A stretch of DNA of 64,000 nt from Dehalococcoidia bacterium. Its GTDB lineage: Bacteria; Chloroflexota; Dehalococcoidia; Lucifugimonadales; UBA3495. Below the pieces are notes generated by a model. It was given only the letters and a program-made list of their open reading frames with translations. It was not told the DNA's origin and made no database searches. Positions within the stretch are counted from its first letter, which is position 1. Each line of letters starts with the position of its first letter. The DNA is taken from positions 16,937-80,936 of the forward strand of contig DAOUJN010000039.1 of the NCBI GenBank assembly GCA_034422655.1. The letters are read 5' to 3'. Positions 9,856 to 16,538 of the stretch are shown here, piece after piece. Made by a program: the position numbers and the translations under genes.

Positions 9856-9980
9856 CAGCATTGCAAACATGGGCTGGGGTTCAACCGTCATTCCGGCGAA
9901 AGCCGGAATCCAGAAGGGTTGCGAACAGTCAACCGGAAAGCACAAGGAAGGCCCTGGATTCCGGCTTTCGCCGGAATGAC
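9856..9980. repeat. dispersed repeat copy containing an inverted pair of GTCATTCCGGCGAAAGCCGGAATCCAG units
   Basis: The units at 9887-9913 and 9954-9980 are reverse complements. The leading 54 nt (CAGCATTGCAAACATGGGCTGGGGTTCAACCGTCATTCCGGCGAAAGCCGGAAT) recurs at 23036-23092. Confidence 0.8.
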
Positions 9981-9983
9981 GAC

Positions 9984-10616
9984 TCATCTATGGCGACGGC
10001 CTACCAGTTCAACCAACCCTTCCAGCGCCACCCGCCAGCGCTTCCGCATTTGTTCCCGCTCCTCCAGGCTGGACAGCCGCTCCTGGTGAAACCTGACGGA
10101 AGAGTTGGCGCCCGCCGGTGTGATGGTAACCTGCAGCGTGGATGGGCCCGCCAGTTCCGGGGTGTGCCAGGTGAGCCTTACCCGCTGTCCCACTACCACC
10201 GAGCGAATTTCGCCCCACGCTCCTTCTCCCGTGCGGTACTCCTCGCCTTTCCGGAAGGCCAGGTCGTCCACCTCGCCCAGCCAGAGAGTGCGCCCCGGTC
10301 CTTCCATCACCAGGCTCCAGGCTGCTTCGGGGGGAATGGGCAGCGTCTTCTGGACGCCAACCTGGTAGCCGCCCGCTGAAGTCTGGCCCACCACCCGCAG
10401 CCCGCGGGCCTGCTCGTAGCCTATGGCCACCGACTGCTGCCACCAGCCATTTTCCAGGCTTCCCGGCCCGGCCAGGACCGCGACAATCCCCTTGTGGTCC
10501 AGTTCCTGCGCGCCCAGGTCGTCCAGGAAGCGCAGCCAGGCGGCCCAGTCCCGGCCGGTCCCCTTGGTTACCGCCGCGTCGGACACGCCGTTTAGCCGGT
10601 TCTCTTCGGTTGACAT
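9984..10616 (-). CDS. SRPBCC (AHSA1-like) domain protein with DUF4287-like N-terminus
   Basis: The N-terminal segment GRDWAAWLRFLD...HKGIVAVL resembles DUF4287. The C-terminal 140 aa has an AHSA1/START-like pattern. This rests on recognition only. Confidence 0.65.
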   Translation of the reverse strand: MSTEENRLNGVSDAAVTKGTGRDWAAWLRFLDDLGAQELDHKGIVAVLAGPGSLENGWWQQSVAIGYEQARGLRVVGQTSAGGYQVGVQKTLPIPPEAAWSLVMEGPGRTLWLGEVDDLAFRKGEEYRTGEGAWGEIRSVVVGQRVRLTWHTPELAGPSTLQVTITPAGANSSVRFHQERLSSLEEREQMRKRWRVALEGLVELVGRRHR

Positions 10617-10771
10617 TGTTGCCTCCGCCGTGCCGATTCGGCGATATACTATAGGACGACGGGGCGGGACTGTCGCCCATCCCCCGGGGCCGGCGCCCCA
10701 TAATTCAGCGCCCCGGTTTCTACCCCGCCGGGGTCAAATCTTCGTTCTACCCATAATAAGGAGACCTGCAA

Positions 10772-11665
10772 ATGCCTGACAACAAGCGTATGACCACCAG
10801 GCTCAAGGAACTGTTTGAACGACCGGAAATCTTCGTCCTGGCCGGCGGCATGAACGCCATGGGCGCCAGGATGGCGGAAGTGGCGGGCTACGAAGCCTTC
10901 TATATGTCCGGGGGCAACACCTCCGCCCAGCTTATGGGCCTGACCGAGGGCGGCACCAGCATGCGCGACATGGTGGACAACGCCCGCCGCATCGTAAACA
11001 CGGTGGATATCCCCGTCTTCTGCGATATGGACACCGGTTACGGCGACGCCATCCAGGTTTACGATACCGTGAAGGAATACATCCGGGCCGGCATCGCCGG
11101 CGCCCACCTGGAAGACCAGACCTACCCGCCCAAGTCCGGCCCGCGCCGCCGCTGCGTTTCCATCGAGGAAATGGTCGGCAAGCTCCGGGCCGCCATGGAC
11201 GCCAAGCTGGAGTTCGACCCGGACTTCGTCATCGTCGCCCGGTGCGACTTCGGCGGAGTTCCCGGCTCCACCTTCGAGGGGGTGATGGAACGCTGCCTGG
11301 CCTACAAGAGCCAGTCCGGCGCCGACGTCATCTGCCCGGCCGTCCAGTCCTGGGAGGAAAACGTGGAGGCCATCCGCCGCATCCCCGGCCCGGTGCTGCC
11401 CCTGTTCACCCACGGCAGCCAGACCCACCCAACACTGCAGGAACTGCAGGATGCCGGAGCCTCCGCCGCATGGTATCCGGCCCTGACCACCATGGCCGGC
11501 CTCCAGGCGTCCTGGGACTTCCTGCACGACTTCCAGCAACGGGGCACCGAGGCCATCGACGAATTCCTGGCCACGGCCGCCCAGAGCCGTTGGGGCGTCG
11601 CCACCAACGGCGCCATCCTGGGAGCCCAGCGCATCCGGGAAATGGAGGACAAGTACCTGCCGTAA
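10772..11665 (+). CDS. isocitrate lyase/PEP mutase superfamily protein
   Basis: FCDMDTGYGD and GAHLEDQ motifs of the ICL/PEPM superfamily. AAGGAG RBS. Confidence 0.8.
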   Translation: MPDNKRMTTRLKELFERPEIFVLAGGMNAMGARMAEVAGYEAFYMSGGNTSAQLMGLTEGGTSMRDMVDNARRIVNTVDIPVFCDMDTGYGDAIQVYDTVKEYIRAGIAGAHLEDQTYPPKSGPRRRCVSIEEMVGKLRAAMDAKLEFDPDFVIVARCDFGGVPGSTFEGVMERCLAYKSQSGADVICPAVQSWEENVEAIRRIPGPVLPLFTHGSQTHPTLQELQDAGASAAWYPALTTMAGLQASWDFLHDFQQRGTEAIDEFLATAAQSRWGVATNGAILGAQRIREMEDKYLP

Positions 11666-11719
11666 GGCCGCTCCGTAGAAATGGCAGAGGGCTGGAGGAG
11701 CGTCGGTGATCTGTGGTAT

Positions 11720-12604
11720 TCAGTGGTACGGGTTGAATGGACTGGCCCGCATCGCCGCCAGCCCCTCCGCCAGGCCAGGGTGTTCCAGTCCCAGCCGCCT
11801 CATAGTCAGCTGGCAGTCCAACCCCAACCGGTTGGGACTGCCAGGGTCGCCCTCGGCCGGCAGCACCAGCCCCGGGTGCAGGCCAAATTCGGCGGCCACC
11901 GTCCGGGCAAAATCGTACATGCTGACCCAGTCCCGCCCGGCCACGTGGTGAATGCCGGGCCGGAACTCTTCCACCAGCCGGGCAATGCCGTCCACCAGGT
12001 GCTCCACGTAGACCGGACTCCGCATCACACCGGTCCCGCCGTGCCAGGTCTCGCCCCTTTGCAGCCGCTCAACCAGCACGGGGACAAAATTCCGGCGTCC
12101 CAGCGCCGGCCACCCGTAAACAATGCTGGTGCGCAGGCTGGCCCCGCAGGCGTCCAGTTCGGCCACCGCCCGTTCCGCCTCTCGCTTGGTACCGCCGTAG
12201 TGGGTTGTCGGGTTTGGCGGGTCGTCTTCGCGGTAAAACCCCTGCCTGCCGTCAAATACGTACTCGGTGGAGACGAACAGCAGGCGCGCCCCGGTGGACA
12301 GGCAAAGGTTGACCAGCTGGGAAGTGGCTCCGACGTTGACCGCGGTTGCCGCTGCCTGCTCCCTTTCACACGCACCCACGTCCGCCATGGCGGCCAGGTG
12401 GACCACCATGTCCGGGCGTATCATGCTGACCGCCTTGTCCAGCCCCACCGCATCGGTCAGCTCAACCCGGTACCAGTGGTTGCGGTCGTCCGCCGGGGGT
12501 CGGGAACGGTAAGAGCAATAGGTTTCCACGCCGGGCAGCGTACCCAGCCGCCCCGCCAGGTAGCGGCCAATGAACCCGCTGGCCCCGATTACCAGGACAC
12601 GCAA
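11720..12604 (-). CDS. NAD(P)-dependent sugar reductase/epimerase, RmlD-like
   Basis: VLVIGASGFIG Rossmann motif, STEYVFDG and YGGTK (YxxxK). TTG start after an AAGGTGG RBS. Confidence 0.8.
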   Translation of the reverse strand: MRVLVIGASGFIGRYLAGRLGTLPGVETYCSYRSRPPADDRNHWYRVELTDAVGLDKAVSMIRPDMVVHLAAMADVGACEREQAAATAVNVGATSQLVNLCLSTGARLLFVSTEYVFDGRQGFYREDDPPNPTTHYGGTKREAERAVAELDACGASLRTSIVYGWPALGRRNFVPVLVERLQRGETWHGGTGVMRSPVYVEHLVDGIARLVEEFRPGIHHVAGRDWVSMYDFARTVAAEFGLHPGLVLPAEGDPGSPNRLGLDCQLTMRRLGLEHPGLAEGLAAMRASPFNPYH

Positions 12605-12615
12605 GGCAGGCCACC
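12565..12615. repeat. direct repeat, copy 1 (native RBS and first 13 codons of the RmlD-like gene)
   Basis: 51 nt with 2 mismatches against 13979-14029, aligned by eye. Confidence 0.85.
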
Positions 12616-12705
12616 TTTTCGCGACGCCAGGGAAAGTCTGAACAAGTCCCTACCTCCTTGATTGGGGGCAAGTTAGAATGGGGGTTTAGTCAAAGGTGAC
12701 TTGAA

Positions 12706-13935
12706 TCACTCGGTCAAAACCCCTATTGTCCCCCCTGAAAGCGCACTGTTCATCATGGGCCCCAAATCCTCAAATGCCTGACCTTCCTCAGCCTGGCAGG
12801 CAACTTCCAAAACTGCCCCCTTGGGGGTGCTGATTGTTTCAATTTGCCAGGAGTCAGCGCAAACCTCAGTCAAGTACAACATAGTATGGAAGTCAGACGG
12901 TTCAGAAGGGTTGAACCGGAGCGCGAGTTCCGCCGCATCCTTTTGAGCCTCCGTCAAATCTGCATACCACAGTGAAAAAGCGATTCGCTTGAGGCCAGGA
13001 GACGGACGGCTGAACACCGCGCTCAACGCCTCCCATCTGCCCATCTTACCCCATTCATCCGGCCGCTCCAGCGGACTTGCCAGCCCCATCTCTTCCTGTC
13101 CGCGCACAGACTGGCGGTCCAGGATCGCCGCAAAGTGGGGGTCTGGAGCGATGGAAGCCAGATCGCCAAAGGCCGCATGGTCCATGAGGGAGGGGGTCTC
13201 TCCAGCCCGTGCTGACAGGAGTTCCTGCATCCTCTCCTCAGTCGGCGCGGTAATTAAGCTCCGCTCCTGAACCAGCAGATTCCGCATTTTCCTGTCGAGC
13301 ATTACCTGCGAGACCCAGTCAGGCTTCGGCCTGACATCTTCGGGCAAGGTCAAGTATTCGGCGCCCAGGTGACTGCGCCTCTCGTATCCAAAGTCAAGCA
13401 GCTTCTGGGTAACTCTTGCGGGGTCGAATCTCCCCAGCAACATTTGAACGTTGAATCTACCCAGCAGTATGTTGACCTCGGCATCCCTCTGGGGATTAGC
13501 GCCCGTCTCGGCCATGGCTGCTGTATCCCAGGCGCCAAAGCCAAAGGTATCGTCCCAGTCGGGGGATGAATACCTCATCGAGTGGCTGATCGAGATACCG
13601 GGGATGCCCGCGCGAGCATCCCAATAGGCCTGCTGTTGTTCGGGAGTCCACGATTCCCATTCCTCCCTCGTCCTGGCGGGTTGTATGTCCTCCAGCGCAA
13701 CGGCGAGCGCGGGGTTTGCGAACCACACGCCGGAATCAGCGACGCTGGCCGGCAACACCGCCATGACGTCAACCAGCCAATCAATCTCCTCCGGCTCCAA
13801 GGGCGCAAGGGTGCTTTCGGCCGTTGGCTGGGGTGCCGGAACCGGAGAGCCACCTTCCGGATCCTCCCCCGTGCAGGCGAAACCGGCGAAAGTCGATATG
13901 AACAACAAGAACACTGACATTAGAGCTGTTTTCAT
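12706..13935 (-). CDS. secreted protein / possible lipoprotein, function unknown
   Basis: Signal peptide MKTALMSVFLLFISTFAGFAC followed by a Pro-rich linker. The segment is AT-richer than its flanks. No family recognised. Confidence 0.7.
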   Translation of the reverse strand: MKTALMSVFLLFISTFAGFACTGEDPEGGSPVPAPQPTAESTLAPLEPEEIDWLVDVMAVLPASVADSGVWFANPALAVALEDIQPARTREEWESWTPEQQQAYWDARAGIPGISISHSMRYSSPDWDDTFGFGAWDTAAMAETGANPQRDAEVNILLGRFNVQMLLGRFDPARVTQKLLDFGYERRSHLGAEYLTLPEDVRPKPDWVSQVMLDRKMRNLLVQERSLITAPTEERMQELLSARAGETPSLMDHAAFGDLASIAPDPHFAAILDRQSVRGQEEMGLASPLERPDEWGKMGRWEALSAVFSRPSPGLKRIAFSLWYADLTEAQKDAAELALRFNPSEPSDFHTMLYLTEVCADSWQIETISTPKGAVLEVACQAEEGQAFEDLGPMMNSALSGGTIGVLTE

Positions 13936-13978
13936 TTCTCACCTGAATCCAGATAGGGCCAGCCCCCACCGAGAGGCC

Positions 13979-14029
13979 GGCCAATAAACCCGCTGGCCCC
14001 GATTACCAGGACACGCAAGGCAGTCCACC
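13979..14029. repeat. direct repeat, copy 2 (duplicated 5' end of the RmlD-like gene)
   Basis: On the minus strand it encodes TTG-RVLVIGASGFIG. It continues as a 28-codon ORF whose TGA (13934-13932) overlaps the ATG (13935-13933) of the downstream gene. Confidence 0.85.
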
Positions 14030-14063
14030 CCCTGGGAACTTGCGCTCATACATGGGTGCCGGA

Positions 14064-14855
14064 TTACCTGCTGCCGGCCGACCGGCCGCCGTCCACCATG
14101 TACACGCCGCCGGTGCAGAAGCTGCTGTCGTCGCTGGCCAGGAACAGCATCATCCTGGCAACCTCCTCCGGGTTGCCGTACCGGCGCAGGGGGATTCTCT
14201 GGGCGTAAGACTGCCTGGCCGTCTCAACGGTTATGTCGGCGTCGTCCATGGCGGCCACCCGCTGCTCCTCGATGGACCGCATCATGCGCGTCTCGATGGG
14301 TGCGGGGTTGACCGTATTGACCCGTATCCCGTGGGGCGCGCACTCCAGGGCGGCCACCCGCATCAGCCCGATTACCGCGTGCTTGCTGGTGTTATAGGCC
14401 GACATTTCCGTTGTGCCGCCAATGCCGGCAGTGGACGACGTGATTACAATGCTGCCGCCGCCCCGCGCCTGCATCGCCGGCACCGCATACTTTATCCCCA
14501 GCATAACGCCCCGCACGTTAACCGCGATGACCCGGTCGAAGACTTCGATGGGATATTCGGGTATGGTCGCCAGGGTGCCCTCAATGCCCGCGTTGGCCAA
14601 CAGCGCATCCACGCCGCCCCACCGGTTCACCGCCGCGTCGATGTAGGCCTGGCTCTGGCCGGGGTCGGTTACGTCGGCCACCGAGTAGCTGGCCCGGTCC
14701 TCGCCAATGTCGGCGGCCAGTTCCCGCAGCGCCTCTTCGTCCAGGTCAACCAGCGCCACCCGCGCTCCCTCTTCGGCAAAAAGCCGCGACGCCGCCCGGC
14801 CAATGCCGCCGGTAGCCCCCGTAATTACCGCCACTTTTCCATCCAGCCGAGCCAT
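14064..14855 (-). CDS. SDR family oxidoreductase
   Basis: GKVAVITGATGGIG, NAG, and YNTSK (YxxxK). Confidence 0.9.
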   Translation of the reverse strand: MARLDGKVAVITGATGGIGRAASRLFAEEGARVALVDLDEEALRELAADIGEDRASYSVADVTDPGQSQAYIDAAVNRWGGVDALLANAGIEGTLATIPEYPIEVFDRVIAVNVRGVMLGIKYAVPAMQARGGGSIVITSSTAGIGGTTEMSAYNTSKHAVIGLMRVAALECAPHGIRVNTVNPAPIETRMMRSIEEQRVAAMDDADITVETARQSYAQRIPLRRYGNPEEVARMMLFLASDDSSFCTGGVYMVDGGRSAGSR

Positions 14856-14940
14856 GTCATACCTCCCTGCCGGTCTAAGTTAAGGGTTTGTTGGTATGGG
14901 TTTTACCATCCGACGGGCTGGCAAGGCAAGAGTGCCACCC

Positions 14941-14967
14941 GTAGGGCGCACGGCCATGCGCCCCTAC
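14941..14967. repeat. GTAGGG...CCCCTAC palindromic hairpin (REP-like)
   Basis: GTAGGGCGCACGGCCATGCGCCCCTAC in a divergent intergenic region. Confidence 0.6.
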
Positions 14968-15054
14968 ACGCCACCGCTTCATTCCGGACCTGCGCTGCCT
15001 CCGCCCACTTCCGTGCTATAATCCGCTCAAAATTCGGTTCCCCAGGAGAGACTT

Positions 15055-16503
15055 ATGGGACTGAAAAGACTGCTTATGAAACCCCTTTCCGGCTATCCCG
15101 GCGGTTACAGGCACATGCGGCGCGGCACCCAGGGCTTTGACCAGACGCCGCCCTTCCGCGTGCCCGAAGACCCCGACGACCGTCGCAGCCGTATGCCGCC
15201 CCTGGGCTTTCGGGAGTACTGGTATCCGGCCCTGCCCGCCAAAGACGTGAAGAAGGGCCAGCCCGAGATGCTGCGGATGCTGGGCACCGACGTGGTCTTC
15301 TTCCGCGACCAGAACGACGAGGTGCAGGCCCTGCTGGACTGGTGTCCCCACCGCTCGGTGTACCTGTCCATGGGCCGCTGCTACTTCCCCGGTTTCGTTA
15401 CCTGTCCCTACCACGGCGCCACATTCGATGGCGACGGCAATTGCGTCGCCTTCCTCACCGAGGGCCCCGAGTCCAAGATGGTGGGCGCCCCGGGGATGAA
15501 GGCCCGCAAGTTCCCCACCGTCACCATCAAGGGCCTGGTCTTCGTGTGGATGGGCGACGGCGAGCCGGTGGACCCCCAGGAGGACATCCCTCCGGAAATG
15601 TTCGAGGAGCACAATATCCACCGGCCCGTGTTCTCCATGTTCGACTGCAACTGGGTGCTGGTGCTGGAAAACACCATGGACGCCCACAACGCCTTCATGG
15701 TCCACCGCAACGCCATCCGCATCCTGAAGAGCCGCCTGGGCGGTCGTCCCCGCACGCCCCTGGGCTACCGGGTCAACCTGGTCAACAACAAGAACGTCCA
15801 CTACCAGCCGGGCCGGGGCAAGTCCAGCGTGGAGCGCTACTACTACGACGAGGACGGCAACATCCCCTACCAGATGTACTACCCCGGCGTGGACGGCGTC
15901 TGGCCCAAGACCAAATGGCGTTTGGCGTGGACCTGGATTTTCGATCGCAAGGCCCGCAAGACCGGCCAGGCTCCCGGCCGGGTCCGCCCGCCCCAGGCCG
16001 ATACCAACGGCGTCAACGAATGGAACGGCACCCGCCTGCCGGGCATGTCGCGCACCGGCGGCAACAACGCCTTCTTCCGCAGCACCCGCTGGGCCGTGCC
16101 CGTGGAGGACGGCCTGACCCGCATGGTGTACTTGAACGTGGAACGTTACGGCAAGAAGCCCGGCGCCCTCCGCAAGCTGTGGAGTTCCGTGTCCTGGCCC
16201 TATCGCAACTGGGAGCTGAATTTCAACTTCCGGAACCAGGACTACGACGCGGAGAAGTACGTGCAGTACGACTTCCCCGAGTACCTCTCCTCCACCGACT
16301 CGGTGGTGGTGGCCATGCGCCGCCTCTTCGTTGAGCACAACCGCGACGTGCAGCGCCGCCGCGCCCGGGAAGAGGAACTGCCCGAAAAGCCTGAGGAAAC
16401 CCTGGCCGAGCAGATGGTTCGCGAAGGCGACGCCCGCGTAGCCGAAACCAGCGAAACCTTCGACATAGACCGCCTGCAGGAGGAACTGCTGCGGCGGGTT
16501 TAA
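15055..16503 (+). CDS. Rieske [2Fe-2S] domain oxygenase (ring-hydroxylating alpha-subunit-like)
   Basis: CPHRSV...CPYHGATF Rieske motif (CxH...CxxH), followed by a large catalytic domain. AGGAGA RBS. Confidence 0.85.
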   Translation: MGLKRLLMKPLSGYPGGYRHMRRGTQGFDQTPPFRVPEDPDDRRSRMPPLGFREYWYPALPAKDVKKGQPEMLRMLGTDVVFFRDQNDEVQALLDWCPHRSVYLSMGRCYFPGFVTCPYHGATFDGDGNCVAFLTEGPESKMVGAPGMKARKFPTVTIKGLVFVWMGDGEPVDPQEDIPPEMFEEHNIHRPVFSMFDCNWVLVLENTMDAHNAFMVHRNAIRILKSRLGGRPRTPLGYRVNLVNNKNVHYQPGRGKSSVERYYYDEDGNIPYQMYYPGVDGVWPKTKWRLAWTWIFDRKARKTGQAPGRVRPPQADTNGVNEWNGTRLPGMSRTGGNNAFFRSTRWAVPVEDGLTRMVYLNVERYGKKPGALRKLWSSVSWPYRNWELNFNFRNQDYDAEKYVQYDFPEYLSSTDSVVVAMRRLFVEHNRDVQRRRAREEELPEKPEETLAEQMVREGDARVAETSETFDIDRLQEELLRRV

Positions 16504-16538
16504 TTTCAGGAATGGAGAAACAGTTTAAAGGGTAACAA

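Noticed and set aside
9783-10379. 198-aa plus-strand ORF spanning the intergenic repeat and the 3' part of the SRPBCC gene
   Set aside because: Its N-terminal part is a translation of the dispersed repeat (SFRRKPESR / GFRRNDD peptides). The rest is antisense to a gene with recognisable domains.
14040-15140. 366-aa plus-strand ORF
   Set aside because: It is antisense to the SDR gene 14064-14855, which has TGxxxGxG and YxxxK motifs. It also runs through the divergent promoter region into the Rieske gene start.
15016-16338. 440-aa minus-strand ORF
   Set aside because: It is antisense to the Rieske oxygenase gene (CxH...CxxH present on the plus strand). Shadow ORF.
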